Made by a program: the position numbers and the translations under genes
Source: Asterias rubens
Lineage: Eukaryota
Direction of reading: 5' to 3'
Assembly (NCBI RefSeq): GCF_902459465.1
Contig: NC_047072.1
Location: 8,742,001 to 8,806,000, forward strand
DNA length: 64,000 nucleotides
In this document: one piece after another, positions 12,585-25,055 of the stretch
Position numbering within the stretch: the stretch's first letter is position 1
How the letters are laid out: each line of letters opens with the position of its first letter
Notes under the pieces: model-generated
Seen by the model: the letters and a program-made list of their open reading frames with translations, nothing else
The model's database searches: none
What the model was told of the DNA's origin: nothing

Positions 12585-13022
12585 CGAACTCATACCTGAG
12601 TCAAATCGTACCCAGGTCAGTCGTACCCGAGTCAACTCGTACCCACCCAGGTAAAATCGTACCCAAGTCAACTCGTACCCACGTCGATTCGTACTCAAGT
12701 CAACTCGTCCCCAGATGAAATCTTAACAATGTAAACTCGCTACCAAGTGAAATCGTACCCAAGTCAAAGTGAAATCGTGCCCAAGTGAAATCGTACCCAA
12801 GTCAAATCGTTCACAGGTGAACTCGTACCCAAGTCAACTCGTACCTGGTGAACTCGTACTCAATTTAATCCGTACCCAAGTCAGCTCGTCCCCAGGTGAA
12901 CTCGTAAACATGTAAACTCGTACCCAAATCAAGTCGTACCCAAGTCAACTCGTCCCAAGGTAAACTCATAACAGCATGAGCTCGTATCCCAAGTGAACTT
13001 GTATCAAAGTCAAATCGTACTC
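12585..13022. repeat. Degenerate ~16-bp minisatellite (gtcaactcgtacccaa / gtgaaatcgtacccaa)
   Basis: More than 20 contiguous variant units, no unique spacers. Confidence 0.9.
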
Positions 13023-13741
13023 TTACGGTCTGTATAAGAGATTTCATAAACGGCTCATACGTTAACAAACATAAGGCCAATTTGTATCGGCCATGGGACA
13101 TGTACTGTGCTGTAAGAGTTCTCACAGTTCATTCTACATCAACCAGTAAACGCCATTTTGTTTTGGTTATGGATGGATAGGCTTAGATGGGACTGGTTCT
13201 GTACTGCAAGAGATCTAAACGGCATCATTCTGCAACCATTAACAATAGTAAGCCCACCTGGCGAGATTTTCCAATGGGTGTGAACGTTATTCATAACACA
13301 ATTCCTCGAGGCATCGAATGAGGTTGAGAGGCTTGGTTCTTATTTTGTTTTTATTAGTTCAAGAGGTTTTACAGGTCTGGTGGGAGATGGGCCCCATCGG
13401 ACCACGCTCCGAGGGTCCCTCAGGGAAGATGGCCTGGAAATTATATATAAAGCCTCATATAAGGCTTAGTGACAACAGCCTACTATCTGTACCTCATTTA
13501 CGAAAGATATATTGTACTTTTGTTAGGCGTATCGTGCACTTAAAACTAACAGCTAATTTTACACCTGTACTTTGCACCTGAAAGTAGCCCGTGTGTGGCT
13601 TTAATTGAAATCCCAACCCAAAGACTTCGTGACACCTTAATTGTGATTGAGGTCGTTACCTAAGACATGCACACTTTGTCTCTGAACCTTTAAGTTCAGG
13701 GGCGTTAGTTTGTTGATACAAAAATGAGCGGGTTGTTTATG

Positions 13742-14112
13742 AACACTATTGGTAATTACTCAAAATAATTATTAGCATACAACCTGACTTGGTGACGAGT
13801 AATGGGGAGAGGTTGATAATATAAAACACCGGAGAAACGGCTCCCTCTAAAGTGAAGAAGTAATTTTCCAAGAATTTGATTTTTATACCTCATATTTAAG
13901 AGTTAGTGAGGTATCGAAATCAAGCGTCTGAAAGCACACAACATCGTGTGACCAGGGTGCGACAAGGTGTTTTTTCTTTCATTAATATCACGCAACTTCG
14001 ACGACCGATTGAGCTCAAATTTACACAGGTTTGTTATTTTATGCAAATGTTGAGATACACCAACTGTGAAGACTAGTCTTTGACAATTACCAATAGTGCA
14101 TAGTGTCTTTAA
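13742..14112. mobile_element. Family A MITE, left end damaged
   Basis: acactattggtaattactcaaaataatt ... ttaccaatagtgcatagtgtct|ttaa. Confidence 0.85.
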
Positions 14113-15443
14113 ATATACGTGTATTGAGCTTCTCAAGGAAAATCACCATGTTTACGCTCTAAGGAGAAAGACGGACTCGGGGTACGAGACAGAGACCCAC
14201 TGTGAGTCACAGTGCTGTATTTCAGCTGGTCCGGACATTGACTTTCATCCCCTGGATTCTATATCCCTAGCGACCCAGGGCTGCACTTCTGTCCCAGTTG
14301 GACTGATCAGTCATGTTTAGAACCAATAGTTTCTTACAGCCTGGGAAAATCATCAGAAGCTGGAAAGAGGACAGAATCAATTTAGAATTCGGCTATACGG
14401 CTGCGATTCTTGCATGATGTTTCTACATGTAGGAGAGCTTTCAAAGTGACTAGTCGTAGCCACTGCTAATAGATTCAGAGATGATAATGATTTTAAAAGG
14501 TACGGAACTCGGGAAGTGCCATGCAACTTGTTGAGATCCCGAGGTAGATTACTGCAAGATGATGACATCATAAACGTAAGATGACGACATCCTGAGATGG
14601 TTTACTTCAAGGTGACGACCCAAGATGGATTATCTCAGAAAATCGACTTTCTTCGTCCATGATGTCGACACCTTGAGACTATTTGTCTCGAGATGCCGAC
14701 ATCTTATATACTTTAAAGGTGTCGACCATCTGGATAAAGGAGAAGGCGGAATTTTACTTCAGGGTGTAGAAGAATCTAGACAAAATATCTTCATCCTGCG
14801 ATAAATTATCTCAGAATCCCCATTATGTCAGATGTCACTTCCTGATCTCCGTAGCCAGTGAGCTTGAAACCGATCTCTATCATTATCATGCAGGGTTGAC
14901 CTGTGCTTTTTAGAACATAAATGTGGTTATGATTCGTACACGTGCCATATAGACCCACTATCGACCCGTCCTTTCTCTGTAGAGGTGTATCATAAAGTAA
15001 AGGTATACCGTCGAAAGCTCGCCGGAGTAGGCGCGTTCGATCCAGTCGCGTACGCTTCTCAGCCAGGCCCGAGGCCGTTGTGAGGTGCAAGGAACACCTG
15101 TGACACCGGTCTAAGCACACCTTACCTCCCGTAGTTCAACTCTATATCCAGACATTGGTTTGTGCTCGGCGTGCGTTTTATTAACAGTTCTAAATCGATT
15201 CTTGAGTCATCATTTTCACCCCGTTCGTGATTCCCTTCCATATACCGGGACGCTGATACAATTATATTTCCCCGTGTATTGTTTGGGAAGCAAATCTCGC
15301 CGTGATCGGATGAAGCTCGGGGGACTTCGGAGGAGAATACATCCCGCCTGGGGGAGATGCGATTACACGGCGTGCCACTCACGGAGTTTCTCTGGCAGTA
15401 TGTTTCCTTGCCCAGCCCTTAGAACGTAAACTTCCGTGTTACA
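14113..15443 (-). mobile_element. Putative LTR (15099-15443) with adjoining non-coding internal region of an LTR retroelement
   Basis: On the minus strand a 345-bp GC-rich unit begins TGTAACACGG and ends CCGGTGTCACA (7/8 inverted termini) with AATAAA at 15177-15182. No TSD, no second LTR and no recognisable gag/pol. Confidence 0.45.
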
Positions 15444-17399
15444 GTCGCTTTTGTCCGCGTCACATCAGCGAGCTGTGCTAAGAACATACATCCACGCGCA
15501 GGCTTAATTACAGATACAGTGTATACTGCATTTTAGCTTATTTTGTCATCGTACCATTTAACAGCGGTCCACAAATTAAAAACTATATTAATTTTATTTT
15601 CCTAAATATTTATTCATAAATTATGTTTAACAATACTAAGCGAGATATTGCGTTTCAAAAGGCAAATAAACACAGTGTATGTCCGAGGTTATTATTATGA
15701 AATTGTGGAGTACATCCCGGCGTCGTTTCATTGGAAAGAGATTTGCCACTATGGTTTGGGGTCTTGGCTGGCCTGTGGATGTCGAAACGAAACTGATACG
15801 TGTGGAGCTTTGAAATATGCAGTACATGTCTTTTGGTTCCAGTGTCTATATACTTTGAAAAGAGAATTGCCACTGGTACGGTGTCTAGACTGACCTGTGG
15901 CTGATTGAAAAGCAATGTACTCGTATCTTGCTGATATTGGGGAGCTTTGAAGTGTGGAGTAGTTAGGCCATGTAGCATACGTTAATCAAAAAGTCACCTC
16001 GACCTTCTAGGGCAGTGCTGGCAGGCAAAAATATTATACTTAGCCACATTATGGGAAATATTTACATTTTGTGTTGAAGTTTCTACATAAGTTGAAGTGT
16101 TAACTAACAATTTAAAGATGTTCCTCTTTCTTCATTTGAAAATTTGACAAATCAGACCGTTCAATTGCTGCATAGATACACAATTTTTATGTTTTTATGT
16201 ACATAGAAAACAAACTTGTAATTTTTTCAATAGTTGAGCTCTGAGATTGGTGTGGAGTGAAGTAGTATACTGACAAATAAACTCAAGATACAAAAAACAC
16301 AGTGGTATCATTAGGCAACATGCAATGAAACCTTTGTTACAAACCCTAAACAGTTTGTACAAAACTAAACACAATTTTACAAACTTTACACACTTTGCAA
16401 AACCCTACACATTTGCACTGGCGGTTTACAAACCTTACAGCGAGTATGGATCAGTGCAGTTGAAATGTCGTTTCTCAATCATGTTAGCTTCACATAATCA
16501 CCTTTGCCGTAGTCGATAATTGAATTTAACTGTACACTCGCTGAAAAAAAACCTAACTAAATTTAACTTTTCTGAAAGCAGACACGCTCCTCAAACTCTC
16601 TTCAATATTGACAACCAAGTCACTCCCATACAACGACCTTTCCTTCAACCCCTCGACCTGATTCCGATAACATTTTGTGTCTGGGACGGGGTGTGGGTAT
16701 AGGAGAAACCTTTATAAGCGAGTGCGAGGAAGATGATGAGGACGATGTTGACAGACGTAATACAGACACGAGATGATAGGGCCTAACTCGAGCTTAGAGC
16801 CGGTACCCTCTCGGCAATTACAAGCTGGATTTGCGACCGCTGGCCTCGCCACGTGATAACGCTATTGATGAGTATTTTTGTTTAATACAAACTACAGAGA
16901 CAATACCCGCAACCTTTAAAAGCAATGCGCAATTTGCCTTCAAGGGATTTGGAAGACCCCGTGGAATTAAAGTCGTAAATCACTATTTTTGTTTCCACTA
17001 AGATTATTTCTGCGAAAACACAATCTATTTATGCCTTAAGAGGAGTGCATAAATATTTTATCTCATGGACCTTTCTGACCATCTTTATATAAAACACATA
17101 CCTTAAGAGGAGGTAATAACCAGATTTACTTCAAGGCTAGTTCTTCATTCCCCACTTAACATGCCTTTCGCTGATGCTCCAAAATACTCCAAAAAAAATA
17201 GTGGGAAATATTTCTGCCCAACATTTGAAAATACGGGACTGTGTCTGAGTTTGCGACTACAGCTGCGGCTACCGCTATGTGCGCGTCATCATGCGTTGAG
17301 GACATCCGTGGAATTAAAACAGCTCTAGCCGTAGCCATGTGTAGCCACCAATGCGGATGTGGCGTCGGATATGCCATTCTGGTCGTCAATTATTAATGT

Positions 17400-17598
17400 T
17401 GACTCCTAGCTCCATAAAATGGCCGACCGTGTTTAGTTCGCGACGTAAAAGGAGAACCTTGCAATTTCGAGGCATGTTTGTGTGGATCATTATATTCTAC
17501 TTTTTAGATTATCTATCTAACCAAATGCATTTCATACACATACGGTTTCAAGTGCTTGTCAAAGACCAACTCGATCGATTCAAAGCAACGTGTTCCCC
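17400..17598. mobile_element. Family B MITE, right half only
   Basis: aaatggccgaccgtgttt ... aaagaccaactcgatcgattcaaagcaacgtgttcc matches the family B arm. Confidence 0.75.
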
Positions 17599-17786
17599 TA
17601 GGGGCCTAGGGCTAAAATATATTTCTCGCCTTGTGTTTCATGGATCGTGGATTGCATATAGTGTCACAGTTTCAGCTAATGCTTTACTACGGACGTATGT
17701 TATTACCCTTATAGGGCCTATACGTTAACATTCTATTATTACAGATGTGCACCCCCTCCCCCCCCCCCCTTTGGCTAAAGCTAACG

Positions 17787-17925
17787 GGCCCCTTTCGAAA
17801 CAATGGCTTCAGCCTTGGGCTCTGGCTTAATGGGACACACGTTCATACTGTCTTAATCACTTTAATGAAATTGCGCGTTTTCAACGGAGCCTAGGCCCGA
17901 GCATAGCCCGTGGTCTCGAAAAGGC
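17787..17925. mobile_element. Small TIR element related to the 3268-3887 element
   Basis: ggcccctttcgaaac ... gtctcgaaaaggc with ggctt/gggctc subterminal motifs. Confidence 0.5.
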
Positions 17926-20221
17926 ATAACGGAGAAATGGTATGAAGTATATAAAACGTCCTTAAAAAAGACCCTTAGAAACTTACAATTTCCTCACAGG
18001 GTGCCCTTTACCAAGGAGAAAATCCCTTGGTGTCATTTCCCATTTCAAAAATAAAACATACAGGCCTGGCAATTATAATTTTTAGTCTGGCACTATATTC
18101 ATGACTCACAATTGATACAATTAGCAATAGCCTAATTAATGTCTACGATACACCCTGCCAATTCAGAATGAAACAAATAAACAATCTTGTGATTTCTCTC
18201 AAGTGTGTAAACAATTCATCTCATAAGGGAGCGGGCAACATTCGGACTGATTGACCTTAAAAAGCAGCGTATATTCCCCACTCGTCATAACTACACAGCC
18301 ACTTGTCCCGTCATCAAGGAGCTATACGCCCGGAGTCAGTGTGGCAGCTGTGTCTTCATAGGACTTAATTCGTAACAATTGTGTCTGCTATACACCCTTA
18401 CACATCGCACTAAATCTCTCACTGCTTCGGGGGTGGAGGGGTGGGGGTTGTTGGCAGTCCCCTGTCCCAATTTATATGTCCTTGTGATCCAGATACGTGC
18501 ACTGGCCGAGGGCTAAACGCGTTTATGTTTCAAGCAGCTACTGAGATTGGGCCCCGAAAGAGAAATCAATGTATAGAGGAGAGGGGGAGATGCGGGGTAT
18601 TCTATTAGAAAGCCTTCACGGACGATGTGTCTTCACCCCCCACCCCCGCCTCCCTTCCTACAGATCCTGTGGGGTAGTACGTGTGCATCGTTGGGTGTAT
18701 AAAGGCCACACTCGTGGTGGGGGGGGGGGGGGACATAGTCAGTCGTTTTGTTATTACTTCGTGCTTGTAAGTTGTTCACCCATAAGCTATATACCGTGTG
18801 TCTTTTTTTATAGACACACTCTCAATGACTGCGAATGTTGATACCTTGTCTGCGAAAACATGCCAAATGAAGCTGATGCTTACGCTTTTTGGCTAACACG
18901 ATGTGAAAGATCTACTTTGAATATTGTGTCATTTCAACGTGCATATAGGCCTAATAAAAAGTACCATGCTAACGCAGTTTGCAATGAAAAAGCCCCTGTA
19001 TTGGATCTAATTTTATATGCGTGGCGCATGGATATTTTGAATACTAAGTACGGGGCTGCAAGGCGCGTCTTTCGAAAAAAGGTCGTGGCTGAAGTGGCGG
19101 TTACAGCATGGAGGTCCTCCATGGTTACAGATGCGGCCACGGTTAGATGTCATCATCGCGTCATCGGGACACTCTTTAAAAACCTTAGCAACACTCATTA
19201 TAGTCGTAATGTATCCACCAATTCCGATACGGTATACGAATCATTCCAGAACACTTAACAAACTTTAACAAAAAATTAGGTAGCTGAATAAGATAAAAAC
19301 AAAAATCATATGAAAAGTCAGATCTCTTACTACAAAAAGAAATTGAACGCTGGCTTTTTTTTTACACACAGCCTGGTAGTTTTGAGGAAAACAAGTTGTT
19401 TTGGGGTTCGCTACTGGATCGATAAAAAGAAAGCATGAAACCAAACTCTAAAAAGTAAGATCTCTGTTAAAAAAAGGAAATAAGTCAAGGCTCGTTTTTT
19501 GATTGATTGACATCATCGTCATCATTACCATGAGCTTCCTTCCTACGCATTGCGGAGAAGTCACTTGGGCTAATTGAGGGCCGAGCTTGGGGTTGAATCG
19601 GGGTAGGGTCCAAACCGCCGACTTGACGGCGTTTTGATCGGTGCCAAACACGGCGATCAGTTCGTGGTTGGAATAGCAATGCGCTGATTTTAATAATCAA
19701 AGTGTGACCTCAGTGCTGCCTTCCAATGGTTAGATTGAAAGCAAGCTCACGTTTCTGTTGAATCGAGGAACCCATTGTGTGTTTCATTTGATTTCTTGAG
19801 CAAATTTGCGATCTGTTTTGACGTAAATGAGATGAGAGGAAACGCGTGAAGTGTGTTTATGCAGTGTCTCGATTCGAGAAAATGCTTCATGCGGACGCGT
19901 GTTTGAGACTGGAGTGAAATGAAGGGTCCACCCACACACGTTTGTATTACGCCTGCAACCGTGGATCTCCTTTTGTCCCTCTGTTGTTTATACTCGTAAC
20001 TTTTCATTGGCAACAGCTCCCTTTGGTTTTGTAACACGTTTTCCAACTATGCACCTTTCCCGAACCATGGACCCTATTGTCCTCTTTTGTTTTATAGGTT
20101 CCCGGTTTTAATGTGTATACATATCTCACCCCTACGCCGGTGAACTGAGACTTTACGGTTGAACTTAAAGTGTGACAACTAAAAGCAGACTCACAGCTTC
20201 TGCCTAAGCGCGCACTCATCC

Positions 20222-20540
20222 ATTGTCAAAGACCAGTCTTCTCACTCGGTGTATCCCATCATATGCATAGCATAACAAATCTTTGAAAATTTGGGCTCCA
20301 TTGGTCATCGAAGTTGCAAGAGAATAGTGAACGAAAAAAAAAATTGAAAAAAAGTTGTCTGCTCTCAGATACCTAAAAATGCTTCAGGCCTGAAGTCTTT
20401 AAACGGGTAGGAACTACGTTACTTCACGACGTGTTACACCGTTACTACTATCAACAGCTCTCCATTGCTCGTTACAAAGTAAGTTATTATGCTCAAATTA
20501 TTTCAATTTTTATTATTTTGAGTAATTTCCAATAGTTCCG
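20222..20540. mobile_element. Family A variant MITE, partial
   Basis: ttgtcaaagaccagtcttctcactcggtgtatccc ... ttttgagtaatttccaatag. Confidence 0.7.
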
Positions 20541-20764
20541 TTCAGTTCTTTCTTTCACTCGGTTCTTTAATATTTTAAAAATAGACACGCATTAAATTTG
20601 CGTTCGCGCGCAGAAAAGATCATTGCACTGCACGAAAATGTATAAACAAAAGTAAAAAAATGTGTGCTTCAGGAGGGATGTTAAAGCCTTCTGTAATACC
20701 CAATGTATACCCAAGTTCTCTAGAGAGAATAAACTTGTAATTTGAGACTCGCAAACTTATTACA

Positions 20765-20917
20765 GGTGCGTTCGTTTAGCTTCCCTGGGTCAACCCCGGT
20801 GTGTGGCGGTTTTTTTTTCTCCAGGACGAACGTGGGTAATTATATGCACACGTTCGTCCTGGGAAAAAAAAACCGCCACACACCGCGGTCGACCCAGGGA
20901 AGCTCAACGAACGCACC
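20765..20917. mobile_element. Family D ~150-bp hairpin MITE
   Basis: ggtgcgttcgtttagcttccctgggtc ... gacccagggaagctcaacgaacgcacc; near-perfect fold-back. Confidence 0.9.
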
Positions 20918-21078
20918 GAACAATCGAACCAATGTGGTTACTTTGTCATTAACACTCTGTTTGTAAAACTGGTTCAGCTGAATAGTGTTATATAGTAAAT
21001 AAAAACCAATGCATTCAGTATCGATACCTCATTCTAACAAACACATAGGGAAAATATTCAAGGAATGTTGAGCAAATG

Positions 21079-21254
21079 AACAATGACGGGAGAGAGAATG
21101 GGTGTCACCAGACTAATCAATCCATGGTATCCAGACGATCCTTCCGTGGACCTGCCTTATATACAAAACAATGACGTAAGGGAGAAAGGTTGTCACCAGA
21201 CCAATCAATCTCTGGTATCCATACGATCTTTCCGTGAACCTGTCACATACAAAA
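21079..21254. repeat. 88-bp diverged tandem duplication
   Basis: Units start aacaatgacg at 21079 and 21167; shared gtcaccagac.aatcaatc..tggtatcca.acgatc.ttccgtg.acctg. Confidence 0.8.
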
Positions 21255-21700
21255 ACAAAAATCACTCAATATTGAAATAAGAGACGATCAGAGTCTGCTA
21301 ACTGTTCTGTTTCCCAAGAAAATGGAGCAGTAAAAAAGATCCTCAGATTCTCATCGATCTAGTGGAAGGACGAAGGAGGCATTACTGGAATCTCAAGTTG
21401 CAAAATTATGACTCAAGATCGTGGTGAGTAGCTCTACTTCAGTCAGATTGCAGGCCGTGAGTGGGGTGAGATTCGAAATGGTCGTGACCGTACATGGAGT
21501 ATGGGCGTTCAAAAACCACACGGCACGGCAAACACCATTCGTAGAGGAGTATTGAGTTTTTTTTAAATGGGGTTGAATTGTGTTTATTGAAAGGGTATCG
21601 TTAACTGGTGATGCCTGTTTGCAGGTTACTTCGTTGCATTAAATAGTTGGGCAATAGTTCAACTATTAAGAGCAAAAGGGTATTCAACTAGCCCCTGTAA

Positions 21701-21895
21701 CTGACGTCCCAATTTCATAGGGCTACTAAAGCGGAAAATACTGCTAAACAACCTGTATGCTTAGCAGAGCATGATACCCCTGAGTCACAAATTGTACATG
21801 CGACATGGTAGTGTGGCTGGTAACCTAACTCTGGTAAGCATAACTGTGTTGTGCTTACCTCATTTTTGTGATTAAGCAGCTCTATTTGGTCCCTG
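21701..21895. mobile_element. Family H MITE with CTG TSD
   Basis: ctg|acgtcccaatttcatag ... aagcagctctatttggtcc|ctg. Confidence 0.7.
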
Positions 21896-22845
21896 TGTAT
21901 AAAGCTCTTTACAATGCGAACAAATTATTGACAAAAATTTTACTAAAATTGTTTTACCCGATTTGAGAAGTTGAAATTTCACATTCTTACACACCCTTAC
22001 TACACTCTTGATGAATCTACAACTAAGAATCCATGGATGACATTATTTTCAAACTAGGGTAAAAATATGAAAACAAAAATAGATAAATTTGTTTGCAATG
22101 GTACGTACCTTTAAACACTGGACTCCGTCGCTTTGTATGCACTTATTTTCGCGTTTCATGTGTACATTAATAACTGAACGGTGATTCTTAAGCTACCAAA
22201 AAGAGTACAAGTCTGTTTTCTTTGAAGCATCGTGTTGGTTATAACTGTACTCATCGCTTTTGTTTTGCCAATTGCTCTTAACAAGACCATGGTGTAAACA
22301 GCATCTGAGCTGATTTGGTATCATGTATAAATATGTTCAAAAAAATTAAAAAGAATTAAACAATAATAATAATAATAATAATATAGGTTTTCTCGGTCAA
22401 TTTCAGAAAATTAGCAGCCAATTTAACCACCAGCTTATTCTATTTGGCACAAAATTGAATGCCAGCTGAAAAGGGTCATTCTATTTCGTTTTAAGACTAG
22501 TCAAAAATGTACTTTTACGTTATTCGATTTAACAAAATAATCATTCAATTTAACAATTCATCGAAACAGCATTCAAATACACAGACGCTTCTTGAGGTGT
22601 GTGTGTCACGAAAAAGAATGACGGTACGCTAAATTGAACAGAGTGCTTAAGGAATTTGACTCGACTCAAAACGAAATTGAACGGCCGAATTCTGAATTTG
22701 AAACGCAGTAACAACTGGAGAGGCAAAACAGTTTTAATTCGAACGCATGAAAATTAAATTGACTGCTCATTTGCCGAATTTTACCAAGAAAACCTATAGT
22801 AAAAAATAAGGTCTCGTGTTTTTTATTTTATTTATATAAGTAGAC

Positions 22846-23012
22846 CAGCCGTCGATTTCACCAAACTCTTCCTAACTTAAGATTTATCTTTAGAACTGTG
22901 GACGAGTGCCAGTCTTGCACTGTCACATGCAAACCCTAAATTAATCTTAAGTTAGGACTAGTTATTCGTCCTAACCCGAGCTAGGATTAATCCTTGCGTT
23001 TCGTGAAATCGG
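22846..23012. mobile_element. Family E variant MITE
   Basis: cagccgtcgatttcaccaaactc ... tttcgtgaaatcgg. Confidence 0.7.
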
Positions 23013-23751
23013 AAGAAGCGAAAACTCAATGAGGACGTGAAGCAGATGTCCGCGCGTGGATATTTTGTTTTTTTTACCCAATATTATTTTAAGTCGCCCT
23101 TGATGTACTTAAGCCATATAGACTTTGTAACCCTATAAGGATTTCGTGAAGAACGTTGCTCATTAATGTAAAGGACAACGCCAATTATTGGATGTTTTAA
23201 AGGGTTATTTTTAATTTACTTCAGCCCTCACATGGCCGTCAAAGATAAATTACATTCGTTACCACATTCATTCAGATGACCGCAGGTGTGTGTGGTTTTT
23301 CTTCTATTTTTTTTTATAACATTAGTTTAAGGATTCCTCGATGTGTACTTTGGCCTTAGACTTCCCAACCTTTTGAGGATTTCGTGAAGTATTTTGCTCA
23401 TCAACGCCAATAATTATGGAAAAGACCACTTCGTTTAGTGTGTTGTGACAGTCGTGGCGATTTTGTAAGGTAAATTAGACTTTAATTTTGGACCAATATT
23501 AAAATGGAATTGTTAACTAAACTATCTAGTTGTTTTCTCGCGTTTTGTTTTGATTTATTATTTCATTTGCAGATTGTCGTAGAATGCCGATTGATTTTTG
23601 TTTTATCCCAAACCCTCTTCTTTGAAATTTTGAGTGAGTGAGTTTTACCCGCCGTTGGCTGCGCTATTTCATAGTCATATTTCAACGACAGCCCTTACAG
23701 AATACAAACCAAAATCAAATGGTAAGAGTACCAGGGAAATAACGGAGGTAG

Positions 23752-24190
23752 TTAAAGGCACCGGACACTATTGGTAAACTACCAATGGTAATTAATCAAA
23801 ATAATTGTAAGCGTACAAACTTATTTGGTAATGAGCAATGGAGAGCTGTCGGTGACAGTTGTTAGACTGCAGGACTTGCAATCACAAGGTTGTTGGTTCG
23901 AATCCCCCAGCTAACCACTGATTTCACAATGACTAGAATATATATTGTCGTCTAGTTACTGAACCACAATTTCTTGATTTGTGCAATTTATATTATAGAC
24001 GTTAACCAATGTTTGTACAAGTTAGAGAGATTGGCTGTTGCCAGCTTGGCGTTTATATCCCCTTGTGAGAGTTTGCTGGGTTCCCTTGATGGGAAGATTA
24101 TCTAAACAAACAAACAAAAAAAACAAACAAACGTACAAACAAACAAACATTGTGAGAAACAGCCGCTCCCTCTGAAGTGACATAAACTTT
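23752..24190. mobile_element. Truncated family A MITE interrupted by a SINE
   Basis: ttaa|aggcaccggacactattgg ... gagagctgt [SINE] aaacattgtgagaaac...ctccctctgaagtgaca. Confidence 0.7.
23850..24148 (+). mobile_element. tRNA-derived SINE with (CAAA)n tail
   Basis: B box GGTTCGAATCC at 23895-23905; simple-repeat tail at 24104-24148. Confidence 0.75.
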
Positions 24191-24835
24191 TCATATCTGT
24201 GTTACGATTGGTCCAATGTGATGTACTTTGCAGTTTCGTTTGGATGCATGCAATGCAACGTGTGCATAATGTCTGTACATCAAAACATTTGTTTTATTCA
24301 CTATGAGTAATGTATGAGTGAATTGATTGCGAATCTCTATGTGAAATGAATCCAAGGTCAAAGGTTACATCTGGCAGCATCTGTTCAGGCCGGTATCTTC
24401 TCGTCATTATAGCCTCGGATCGTGACGTCCGATGTTCAGGCAAGAGGAAGACCTCTCTGTCTGATTGAGCCACAGATGAGCAAATTAGCGACTGTCCTTC
24501 CGTTTAAATGAGGTTTGTCCACTCGATGCAAAACTTGTATCTCAGGGTTTTCCTTCTTTCTTGAAATCGACTTATATTCCTTTGTTCGTTTTAGGTTTTT
24601 GTGCTAAACGAAATCGTATAGTTGTTATTGGGTTTTGGGTCTCCTTCTTTATTCACTCTTTATAAATTTTGTTGCTTTCTCTGTTTGTTTTGTTTTAAGA
24701 GTGTAACCTTCTCTATTTAAAAAAACAAATGCTCCAGGGCTTTGTTTTACAAATAAGTGAAATACATAAATCACTTAGTGTGACTTTGTATTCGGTTAGC
24801 TGTAGGTGTGTGTAAAATGTCTGTAATTATATTTG

Positions 24836-25055
24836 TTAAAGCCATTATACACTTTCGGTACAGAATTTCTTTTTTAAGTTCACAGATTTACAAATAATTT
24901 ACAGGGTTTACAGAAGGTAATGGTGAAAGACTTATCTTGAAATAATTGTGTATAGCCTAAATTTTCACAGGTTTGTAATTTTTATACATAAGTTGTGAAA
25001 CACGAAGTGTGGGCCTTGGACAATACTGTTTACCGAAAGTGTCCAATGGCTTTAA
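24836..25055. mobile_element. Family C TTAA MITE, short deletion derivative
   Basis: ttaa|agccattatacactttcggta ... taccgaaagtgtccaatggct|ttaa; arms match 39149-39509 in reverse. Confidence 0.8.

Noticed and set aside
12585-13022. CRISPR-like repeat array
   Set aside because: Repeats are contiguous and degenerate with no unique spacers or cas genes, in a spliceosomal-intron genome.
15255-15420. Resemblance to RNase MRP (GAAGTCCCC, AATACACGGGG) and U11 (GTGAGTGGCAC) on the minus strand
   Set aside because: Spacing is wrong: the MRP-like motifs are ~45 nt apart with no P4 pairing, and there is no Sm site or U11 5' end at the right distance.
19528-19683. Candidate minus-strand exon (HCYSNHELIAVFGTDQNAVKSAVWTLP...)
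   Set aside because: Open frame with AG/GT ends, but a poor pyrimidine tract, no recognisable homology and no partner exons.
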